This document shows positions 36,730 through 44,446 of a DNA stretch of 64,000 nt, in pieces; the stretch's first letter is position 1, and each line of letters begins with the position of its first letter. A program made the translations under genes and the position numbers. Origin of the DNA: Bacteroidota bacterium (GTDB lineage Bacteria > Bacteroidota > Bacteroidia > J057 > JAJTIE01); contig JAJTIE010000018.1 of assembly GCA_021300195.1 (NCBI GenBank), positions 84,393-148,392 on the forward strand, written 5' to 3'. The notes beneath the pieces are model-generated. The model was given only the letters and a program-made list of their open reading frames with translations, was not told the DNA's origin and did no database searches.

Positions 36730-37806
36730 ATGGGACTATTTTCCTGGGCCAAGGGCCAATTTATTGAAGTTATTGAATGGGTACAGACAGACCGCGATAC
36801 GGTGGTGTGGAAGTTCCCCGATGCCGATAAGGAAATAAAGAACGGCGCACAGCTAACGGTGCGCGAGGGCCAGGCCGCGCTGTTTGTAAGCGAGGGCCAG
36901 GCCGCCGATGTGTTTGCGGCTGGCCGGCACGAGCTGGTAAGCCGAAACATCCCCCTCCTTACCTCGCTGAAAAGCTGGAAGTATGGCTTTGAGTCGCCCT
37001 TCAAGTCCGACGTATACTTCTTCAACATGGGGCAGATACGCAACATGAAGTGGGGTACCAAGTCGCCAATCCTGGTAAACGACCCTGCCTTTCGTTTCCC
37101 CATCCAGCTGCGTGCGTTCGGCACCTTCGATTTTCGCATTACCGATCCCAAACTCTTCTTCCAGGAGATAGCCAAAACCGACCCGCATGTAACCAGCGAC
37201 GATATTCTGGAAGACTTCCGTAGCTCGGTGGTTACCCGGTTTAGTAGCGCGCTGAAGAAGAGCGGCAAGAGCCTGGGTGAGATTAACGCAAACGCGCACG
37301 ACATAGGGGCCGACCTGCTACAGACCCTGACGCAGGATTTTCAGGGGGCGGGCCTTACCCTCACCGCCTTTCATGTAGAAAACGTAAGCCTGCCGCCAGA
37401 GGTGCAGCAGCGCCTGAATGAAATGGACTTCAAGAAAATGGAGGCCATGGACCAGAACGAGGTGGAACTGAGCAACCTGATGGGCAAGGCCAACATCAGC
37501 CAGAACGTGCAGGATGTGCAGAAGTACATGCAGTTTCAGGCTGGCAGCAGCATGAACCCTGCACAAAACAACCCCCAGGCCGGTGCGGGCGGCAGCAGCA
37601 CCGCCGGAGACATGATGCAGATGGCCATGGGCATGAACCTGGCCAACCAGATGATGAATGCCCAGCAGAAGCCCCAGGCAGCCGAGCCCATGACGCAGGA
37701 AAAGATAATGGAAACCCTGAAGCAGCTGGGCGAACTAAAAGCCGCCGGCATCCTCTCCGAGGCCGAGTTTGAGGCGAAGAAGAAAGACCTGCTTAGCCGC
37801 CTGTAG
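36730..37806 (+). CDS. SPFH (stomatin/prohibitin-like, COG4260/YdjI-like) domain protein with a C-terminal SHOCT domain
   Basis: 358 aa. N-terminus FIEVIEW....D.VVWKFP......I.NGAQL.V.EGQ.A.F is typical of the 'virion core protein-like' SPFH family. A Q/M/N-rich linker follows, and the tail LKQLGELKAAGILSEAEFEAKKKDLLSRL is a SHOCT motif. Confidence 0.75.
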   Translation: MGLFSWAKGQFIEVIEWVQTDRDTVVWKFPDADKEIKNGAQLTVREGQAALFVSEGQAADVFAAGRHELVSRNIPLLTSLKSWKYGFESPFKSDVYFFNMGQIRNMKWGTKSPILVNDPAFRFPIQLRAFGTFDFRITDPKLFFQEIAKTDPHVTSDDILEDFRSSVVTRFSSALKKSGKSLGEINANAHDIGADLLQTLTQDFQGAGLTLTAFHVENVSLPPEVQQRLNEMDFKKMEAMDQNEVELSNLMGKANISQNVQDVQKYMQFQAGSSMNPAQNNPQAGAGGSSTAGDMMQMAMGMNLANQMMNAQQKPQAAEPMTQEKIMETLKQLGELKAAGILSEAEFEAKKKDLLSRL

Positions 37807-37834
37807 AACTACCGGCATGGGAACTGTGATATGT

Positions 37835-37862
37835 ATAGGGGCTACACGGCCCCTATATTTTT
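37835..37862 (+). terminator. Rho-independent terminator
   Basis: ATAGGGGC-tacacg-GCCCCTAT (perfect 8-bp stem) followed by ATTTTT, 29 nt after the SPFH stop. Confidence 0.7.
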
Positions 37863-37926
37863 GTAAAATCTTGATAGATAGATAGTTAAAATAAATCGGT
37901 GGGTTAGTAAGGCGGGCTATATTTGG

Positions 37927-37934
37927 CAGCTGCT
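37927..37934 (+). promoter_or_regulatory. Orphan -7 box (TATATTTG) within a 348-bp intergenic region
   Basis: Exact TAnnTTTG match, 220 nt upstream of the M1 peptidase ATG and 193 nt upstream of a second box at 38127. Confidence 0.25.
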
Positions 37935-38126
37935 ATTTGCCCACATCCACAAGCACAAAATCATCCCTACTCCCCCCAACAGCGATAGCCGCTGTGTACT
38001 ACAGAGTTTATTTTCGGCAAGTCGTTTCTAGATCAGTAGGTATAGAGCGCTGCCAAGCTGCACCCCCACCAGCCCACACAACGGGCTAAAAGGGATGAAT
38101 GGTGCACCCGCCTGAAGCGAATTGTG

Positions 38127-38134
38127 TATCTTTG
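38127..38134 (+). promoter_or_regulatory. -7 box (TATCTTTG) upstream of the M1 peptidase
   Basis: Exact TAnnTTTG match, 20 nt before ATG 38155. Confidence 0.45.
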
Positions 38135-38154
38135 GCACCCAAACCAATAGCTAT

Positions 38155-40518
38155 ATGAAAAAACGTTATTTATCTCTGGCTGTTTTTGCCTGTATGGTGC
38201 TATTCCCTATAGCCATGCAGGCCCAGAAGGACGCTGAGCCCAGGAAGCACGATCCACAGAAAAACCTGTTCGATAGCATAGAGCTCCTGCTGCCTACCCC
38301 CAATGTATATCGTACGGGTAGCGGTGCCCCCGGCCCCCAGTATTGGCAAAACACGGCGGACTATAACATCTCGGTAGAGCTGGTAGACAGCACCCAGATG
38401 GTTATGGGCGAAGAGACCATTACCTACACCAACAACAGCCCGGATGCCCTCCGCTATCTGTTCCTGCAGCTGGAGCAGAACTACTTCGACCCCCAAGGCA
38501 TCAGCCAGCTGACGGAGAGTACCCGCTTTCAAAAAATGACCACCGAAGACTGGAACGGGATGAACTACCGGCAAGACTTCCCGGGCGGAATACAGGGCCT
38601 GGAAGTATCGGATGCATCGGGCCGCGCCCTCACCTACCAGATACACTATACCAACCTGCGGGTAGACCTGCCTGCGCCGCTGGGCCCGGGCGGCAAGTTT
38701 ACCCTGAAAGTGAAGTGGCGCTACCAGATGCAGCGGCACGCACGCTTTGGCGCACGTACCGGCTTCGAGGAGTTTGCCGACGGCAACCGAATTTATGAAC
38801 TGGCCCACTGGTTTCCCCGTATGATGGTGTACAACGATGCCGAGGGCTGGCAAAACCAGCAGTTTCTGGGTCAGGGAGAGTTTGCACTCCCCTTTGGTAA
38901 CTATCAGGTGCAGATTACCCTACCGGCAGACTTTGTAGTGGCTGCTACCGGCGAGCTGACCAATGCCAGCCGGGTGCTGGCCGCCACCCAGCTGCAGCGC
39001 TGGAAGCAGGCCCAGCAGGAGGAGGTGCAGCCAGTCTTGATCATTACCCAGGCGGAGGCCGACGAAAATGCCCAGCAGCGCCTGACGACAAAAAAAACCT
39101 GGATATACAAGGCCGAGCAGGTGCGCGACTTTGCCTGGGCGGCTAGCCGCCGCTTCATCTGGGATGCCATGAAGCTGGACCTGAACGGAAAGCCCGTAAT
39201 GTGCATGAGCTATTACCCCCGCGAAGGAAACCCCCTGTGGGAGAAATACTCCACCAAGGCCATAGCCCATGCGGTAAAAACCTACAGCAAGTACACGGCA
39301 GACTTCCCCTGGCCCACCATGATCAGTGTAAACGGACCTGTGGTCGGCATGGAGTATCCCATGATTACCTTCAACGGCCCACGGCCCGAGGCAGACGGTA
39401 CCTACAGCCTGGCACAAAAGAATGCCCTCATCAGCGTCATTTTTCACGAGGTGGGGCACAACTTCTTCCCCATGCTCATCAATAGCGACGAGCGCGACCA
39501 TACCTGGCAAGATGAGGGTTTCAACACCTTTATCCAGTACCTGACGGAGCAGGAGTGGGAGCTGGGCTATAATAGCCGCCGGGGCCCTAGCACCGGTATT
39601 ACAGACTTTTTGCGAAACAGCGGCGGCGAAACAATCCATCAGCATAGCGATCGCATAAGCCAATTTCGCAACACCCAGTACCTGAAGGTGGCCGCTGGGC
39701 TAAACATCCTGCGCGAAACGGTGATGGGCCGCCAGCTGTTCGACTTTGCCTTCAAAACCTACTGCCAGCGCTGGGCCTTCAAGCACCCCCGCCCGGCAGA
39801 CTTCTTCCGCAGCATGGAAGATGCCAGCGGGGTAGACCTGGACTGGTTTTGGCGCGGATGGTGGATGGGTAGCGACCCCGTAGACATTAACCTGGCCACC
39901 CTGACCCAATATGAACTACTGGGCCAAAACCCCGAGCGCGTGCTGCAATGGGAACGGAAGGAAGCACAGGCACAAAGCCGGCATATATCCCAAATACGGA
40001 ATGAGCGAGACATAAAGAGCACCTACACACAGCGCGACACCAGCACCCACGACTTCTACACCACCTACGACCCCTATGCCCCGAATGCGTACCACCGGCA
40101 GCTGTATACGCGTTTTCGCGAAAGCCTGAGCGAGGAGGACAAGAAGTATCTGGACCAGCCCAACAAATACTACTATCAGCTAGACTTTGTAAACGAGGGC
40201 GGGATGATGATGCCCCTGGTGCTACAGCTGGTGTACCAGGATGGTAGCGACGAACTGATGCGCATACCCGTAGAGATATGGCGCCGCAACAACTATGCCT
40301 GTAGCAAGGCCCTCATCCTGGATAAGCCCCTGCAGAAAGTGGTGCTGGACCCCTACCTGGAGACCGCAGACATAGACCGGCAAGACAATGTGTATCCGCG
40401 CGAGATACTCCGGAGGCAGATTAGTGTAGACAAGCCGCAAGCGAGCGAGCCAAGCCTGAACCCCATGCAGCTGGACCGTGCAATACGCCAGGACGGCAAG
40501 GGGTACCAGGGGGAGTAG
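38155..40518 (+). CDS. Secreted M1-family zinc metallopeptidase (aminopeptidase N-like)
   Basis: I trimmed the ORF to the ATG at 38155 (MKKRYLSLAVFACMVLFPIAMQAQ). HEVGHNFF followed by E 18 residues after the second His (WQDEGFNTF) gives HExxH-x18-E. GxMEY-like VGMEYP lies upstream. Confidence 0.85.
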   Translation: MKKRYLSLAVFACMVLFPIAMQAQKDAEPRKHDPQKNLFDSIELLLPTPNVYRTGSGAPGPQYWQNTADYNISVELVDSTQMVMGEETITYTNNSPDALRYLFLQLEQNYFDPQGISQLTESTRFQKMTTEDWNGMNYRQDFPGGIQGLEVSDASGRALTYQIHYTNLRVDLPAPLGPGGKFTLKVKWRYQMQRHARFGARTGFEEFADGNRIYELAHWFPRMMVYNDAEGWQNQQFLGQGEFALPFGNYQVQITLPADFVVAATGELTNASRVLAATQLQRWKQAQQEEVQPVLIITQAEADENAQQRLTTKKTWIYKAEQVRDFAWAASRRFIWDAMKLDLNGKPVMCMSYYPREGNPLWEKYSTKAIAHAVKTYSKYTADFPWPTMISVNGPVVGMEYPMITFNGPRPEADGTYSLAQKNALISVIFHEVGHNFFPMLINSDERDHTWQDEGFNTFIQYLTEQEWELGYNSRRGPSTGITDFLRNSGGETIHQHSDRISQFRNTQYLKVAAGLNILRETVMGRQLFDFAFKTYCQRWAFKHPRPADFFRSMEDASGVDLDWFWRGWWMGSDPVDINLATLTQYELLGQNPERVLQWERKEAQAQSRHISQIRNERDIKSTYTQRDTSTHDFYTTYDPYAPNAYHRQLYTRFRESLSEEDKKYLDQPNKYYYQLDFVNEGGMMMPLVLQLVYQDGSDELMRIPVEIWRRNNYACSKALILDKPLQKVVLDPYLETADIDRQDNVYPREILRRQISVDKPQASEPSLNPMQLDRAIRQDGKGYQGE

Positions 40519-40579
40519 CCCTGCGGCCCCTGCCATAGATGCGCTATTGCGCTTATCATCGGTACACTTCACAGCAGTA

Positions 40580-40599
40580 CCCCGGCCTTCTAGCCGGGG
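40580..40599. terminator. Hairpin between convergent genes
   Basis: CCCCGGC-cttcta-GCCGGGG, a perfect 7-bp GC-rich stem, lies between the stops at 40518 (+) and 40625 (-). No U-tract. Confidence 0.4.
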
Positions 40600-40624
40600 C
40601 ACCGCCGTGTTCAAATGGCACTCA

Positions 40625-41101
40625 TCACTCGGGCTGCCTGTTTAGCACCAGGTTCATGCGTGCATGCGCCGCCCCTACTTCGGCCTCGTCGCCCACTACC
40701 GTTGCCCTCAGCTGGTCTCCCTCCATCCCGGTTATGCGCCAGGTCTCCCGGTTGCCTGCTGTGTCCGTCAGGCTAAGCCGAGCACCGGTTCGTTCCCAGG
40801 TTCCCGCCTGGTTCACGCCCGCCTCGTGTGCAAACACCTTGCGGTATTGCCCATCTGCGCCAAACGTATAGCAGGTGCCGGGCATGCCCTGCCGCACCAT
40901 GTTTTTTAGTGCTACTGGCACCGTTCCGCCCGGGTCCTCCAGCTCGGCCTGCTGCACCACCCAGCTGCCCGTTAGGTCGGGCTCCGAGCTACAGCCACAT
41001 ACACACACGGCCAACGATGCACATACCCACAGCCAGTGCACATGCAGCCAGCCTGGGCGGAAGCGGAATAGAAATACAGATGGACTCAACCTCCCTGCCA
41101 T
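40625..41101 (-). CDS. Lipocalin-like lipoprotein (hypothetical)
   Basis: ATG 41101. Lipobox-like ...AVCVCGCSS. The pattern GSWVV....... / G.Y...... / GTWE..G..L.L is typical of small lipocalin-like domains. Confidence 0.5.
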   Translation of the reverse strand: MAGRLSPSVFLFRFRPGWLHVHWLWVCASLAVCVCGCSSEPDLTGSWVVQQAELEDPGGTVPVALKNMVRQGMPGTCYTFGADGQYRKVFAHEAGVNQAGTWERTGARLSLTDTAGNRETWRITGMEGDQLRATVVGDEAEVGAAHARMNLVLNRQPE

Positions 41102-41153
41102 GCAGAAATATACATAAATGTGGCAAAAAACACGTGGCCATGGGGCTTTCATC

Positions 41154-41161
41154 TATCTTTG
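41154..41161 (+). promoter_or_regulatory. -7 box (TATCTTTG), 3 nt from ATG 41165
   Basis: Exact TAnnTTTG match, then the spacer CTC, then ATG. Confidence 0.4.
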
Positions 41162-41164
41162 CTC

Positions 41165-42214
41165 ATGCGCTTGCCCCACCCTATCCAGCAGTACCGCATG
41201 CCCGCAGAGTGGGCACCCCACTACGCCACCCTGCTTAGCTGGCCCCGAAATGCCCAGACCTGGCCGGGCGAGAAGCTAGACCGCGTAGAACGCGTGTTTG
41301 CCCTGATCGTGCAGGCCCTGCTGCCCTACGAGGCGGTGCTCATCTGTGCCGGTGGCATAGAGCACCGCGTGAGCCGCGTGCTTACACGCGCAGGCATAGA
41401 GCCTGGCGAGCTAACCCTGCTACCCTTTGAAACCAACGATAACTGGATGCGCGACCATGGCCCGATCCTGGTGCAGCACCGCGATACACAAGAGCTGGCC
41501 GTAACCAACTGGGGCTACAATGCCTGGGGAGGCAAGTATCCGCCCTATGACCTGGACAATCAGATTCCGGAGCACATAGCCCGCTTTCTGGAGCTGCCTG
41601 TGGTGAGCCCACCCCTGATCCTGGAGGGGGGCAGCATAGAGGTAGACGGCCAGGGTACACTCCTCACCACCGAGTCTTGCCTGCTAAACCCCAACCGAAA
41701 CCCGCACCTGGGGCAGGCCGAGATAGAGGAGGCCCTGCGCACCCACCTGGGTATAGAACGGATACTCTGGCTGGCCGATGGCGTAGCCGGGGATGATACC
41801 GACGGACACATAGACGACCTGACCCGGCTGGTGGGAACCGACACCATTCTGACCATCGTAGAGCCAGCTGCTGAGGACGAAAACTATGCCATCCTCCAGG
41901 AAAACCTTCGCCGCATCCGGGGCTTCCGCACCGCCACGGGCCAGCCGTATCGGGTGCTGCAGCTGCCCATGCCCCCCCCGCTGGTTGCAGACGGAGTACG
42001 GCTGCCCGCCAGCTATGCCAACTACTATGTGGCCAATGGCGTTGTGCTGCTACCCACATTCGGGGTACCTACAGATCAGGCAGCTATGGAGATACTACAG
42101 CAGTGCTATCCGGAGCGCCGGATCATCCCCATCCGTTGCGAGGACCTGCTGTGGGGGCTGGGCGGCATCCACTGTGTTACACAGCAGGTTCCCACAGGTG
42201 TCAATCTGACATAG
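41165..42214 (+). CDS. aguA: Agmatine deiminase (porphyromonas-type peptidyl-arginine deiminase family)
   Basis: RMPAEWAPH N-terminal motif, NDNWMRDHGP, DGHIDD, and the C-terminal catalytic GGIHCVTQQ. The start is either 41165 (leaderless) or Met at 41198. Confidence 0.88.
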   Translation: MRLPHPIQQYRMPAEWAPHYATLLSWPRNAQTWPGEKLDRVERVFALIVQALLPYEAVLICAGGIEHRVSRVLTRAGIEPGELTLLPFETNDNWMRDHGPILVQHRDTQELAVTNWGYNAWGGKYPPYDLDNQIPEHIARFLELPVVSPPLILEGGSIEVDGQGTLLTTESCLLNPNRNPHLGQAEIEEALRTHLGIERILWLADGVAGDDTDGHIDDLTRLVGTDTILTIVEPAAEDENYAILQENLRRIRGFRTATGQPYRVLQLPMPPPLVADGVRLPASYANYYVANGVVLLPTFGVPTDQAAMEILQQCYPERRIIPIRCEDLLWGLGGIHCVTQQVPTGVNLT

Positions 42215-42287
42215 GGCGGGCTTCTGTATTTCAGATGCGCTATCTTTACCGGCCAGGCTAGATGGATGGTGTAAGTTTTTTTTGCTT

Positions 42288-43781
42288 ATGGAGGCTTTCG
42301 AGACCATCAAGAAAATTTCCGCCCAGCTCAAGGACCTGTCGGGTGCTGCCAGCCTGCTGGGCTGGGATCAAGAGGTGTACATGCCTGCCGGTGCCATAGA
42401 GCGCCGCGCTACCCAGCTGGGCACACTCGCTGCCCTGCGCCACAGGATCCTGGCAGAAGAGCTGGCACCCCTGCTGCCCAGGGTGGAGACTGCCAGCCTG
42501 AACGAAAAAGAGCGGCTCAACCTGGCCCAATTGCGCCTGCAAACCCAGAAGGCCCTGAAGCTGCCAGCCGCCTTTGTGCAGGCCCAGGCCGAGCTGGCCG
42601 CCCGTACCCAATATGCCTGGGAGCAGGCCAAAAAGCAGGCTAGTTGGCAAGCCTTCTGCCCCGCCCTGGAGCAAATGGTGGACAGCAAGCGCCGCGAAGC
42701 CGAATACTATGGCTACACAAACAGCCCCTACGAGGCGCTGATGGATAGCTATGAGCCAGGCCTGACGCTGGCAGAGGTAGACCCGATATTTGAGCAGCTG
42801 CTGGCTGGGCTGGTTCCGCTGCTTAAGTCTCTGCAGGGGCAGCCCCAGGTGCCAGATGCATTTCTGGCTACACCTGTGGGCAAGGACGCACAGTGGGCGC
42901 TGAGCATGCGTCTGCTTGCCGAGATGGGCTTTGACCTACAGCACGGCAGGCAGGATCTGAGTACCCACCCCTTTACCACCAGTGCGGGGCCGGAGGATGT
43001 GCGCCTCACTACGCTGATTGTGGAGCGTGATATGCAGGCCATGCTCTACAGCACCCTGCACGAGATGGGACACGGCCTGTATGAGCAAGGCCTGCCTGCC
43101 CATGCCTACGGCCTGCCCGAGGGCGAGGCCAGTAGCCTGAGCCTGCACGAGAGCCAAAGCCGACTGTGGGAGAACAACATAGGCCGTAGCCAGGCTTTCT
43201 GCCAGTGGCTATTCCCCCTACTGGCCGAGTATATGCCGCATGCCCTGGCTGGCAAAACCCCCGAAGACCTGTATCGTGCTGTGAACAAAGTACAGCCAGG
43301 CCCCATCCGCATCCAGGCAGATGAGCTTACCTACCACACCCACATCCTGCTGCGCTACCAGGTGGAGCGCCAGCTGATAGAGGGCCGCCTGGCTGTGCGC
43401 GATATTCCGGACTACTGGAGCGCCTTCTTACTACAGCACCTGGGCATACAGCCCACCACCGAGGCCGATGGCCCGCTGCAAGACATCCACTGGGCCATCG
43501 GTGCCATAGGCTACTTTCCCACCTATACCCTGGGCAGCCTCTATGCCGCCCAGCAGTACGCCCACATGGCCCAGCAGCTGCCCGAGCTGCAGGCCCAGCT
43601 GCGTACCGGCCACTTTGCACCCATACACGCCTGGCTGCGCCAGCGGGTGCACCAGTATGGCAGCCTGTATTCGGCCCGGGAATGGAGCTTGCAAGTGCTG
43701 GGCGAGCCCCTGGATCCCCGGTATTTTCTCCGTTATTTGTCTGATAAACTTGTGCAGGTATACGCTTTACCGATTGCCTAA
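42288..43781 (+). CDS. M32 carboxypeptidase (Taq-type metallocarboxypeptidase)
   Basis: ATG 42288 is preferred over the TTG at 42282 used by the track. Motifs HEMGHGLYEQG, HESQSRLWEN, and IRIQADELTY. Confidence 0.88.
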   Translation: MEAFETIKKISAQLKDLSGAASLLGWDQEVYMPAGAIERRATQLGTLAALRHRILAEELAPLLPRVETASLNEKERLNLAQLRLQTQKALKLPAAFVQAQAELAARTQYAWEQAKKQASWQAFCPALEQMVDSKRREAEYYGYTNSPYEALMDSYEPGLTLAEVDPIFEQLLAGLVPLLKSLQGQPQVPDAFLATPVGKDAQWALSMRLLAEMGFDLQHGRQDLSTHPFTTSAGPEDVRLTTLIVERDMQAMLYSTLHEMGHGLYEQGLPAHAYGLPEGEASSLSLHESQSRLWENNIGRSQAFCQWLFPLLAEYMPHALAGKTPEDLYRAVNKVQPGPIRIQADELTYHTHILLRYQVERQLIEGRLAVRDIPDYWSAFLLQHLGIQPTTEADGPLQDIHWAIGAIGYFPTYTLGSLYAAQQYAHMAQQLPELQAQLRTGHFAPIHAWLRQRVHQYGSLYSAREWSLQVLGEPLDPRYFLRYLSDKLVQVYALPIA

Positions 43782-44446
43782 TGCCCTTCCTTATCCACCT
43801 CCTGCTTGGTACCTTTATCAGCTTCTTTGCGGCCATGCCGCTGGGGCCGGTAAACCTGGCCGTTGTGCAAACGGCCTTGAACCAAGGTCGGAATCAGGCT
43901 ATCCTGGTAGCCGTTGGCAGCAGTACCATGGAGCTGCTGTACTGTCTGTTGGCAGTCATTGGTGTAGACCTGCTCTTTAGCAACCAGCGAGACCAGGATG
44001 TGTTTGTACTGGTGCTGCAGATGCTTAGCATCCCCTTTATTCTCAGCCTGGGTTTTTACAACCTGTTTCGCCGGGTAAAGACCGATGAGGAGGAGGGTAT
44101 GGCTACCAAAAAGGTGCGCAAGGGGGGCGGCTTGATGCTAGGCTTTACCCTCAACTTTTTCAACCCCATGCTGCTGCCCTTCTGGCTAATGGTGGCTACT
44201 TTTTTGCGTAGCCGCAGCTGGCTGAGCAATGACCTGGCGCACCTGCTTATCTACTCCATGGGGGTTATGCTTGGCACCTTTCTGCTCCAGCTGAGTGTGG
44301 CCCTGGTGGCTGCACGCAAGCAGGCCGGCATGAGCTACAAGAGCAAAGTGACCGTAACCCGCATCATCGGCTATCTCTTCATCGGCCTGGGCCTATACGT
44401 GGCCTACCTGATGGCACAGACTATGCTGGAGATAGGCTGGCTCTAG
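43781..44446 (+). CDS. LysE/RhtB-family amino-acid exporter
   Basis: 221 aa, about 6 TM, with an N-terminal PLGPVNLAVV motif. Its ATG overlaps the M32 stop (TAATG). Confidence 0.7.
   Translation: MPFLIHLLLGTFISFFAAMPLGPVNLAVVQTALNQGRNQAILVAVGSSTMELLYCLLAVIGVDLLFSNQRDQDVFVLVLQMLSIPFILSLGFYNLFRRVKTDEEEGMATKKVRKGGGLMLGFTLNFFNPMLLPFWLMVATFLRSRSWLSNDLAHLLIYSMGVMLGTFLLQLSVALVAARKQAGMSYKSKVTVTRIIGYLFIGLGLYVAYLMAQTMLEIGWL

Noticed and set aside
40600-40620. A GTTCAAAT string resembling a tRNA T-loop.
   Set aside because: No acceptor, D or anticodon arms can be folded around it. I also checked other TTCGAA/TTCAAAT occurrences (for example 721, 21911, 32771, 51971, 61661), and all lie inside well-supported CDSs. 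I conclude there is no tRNA in the window.
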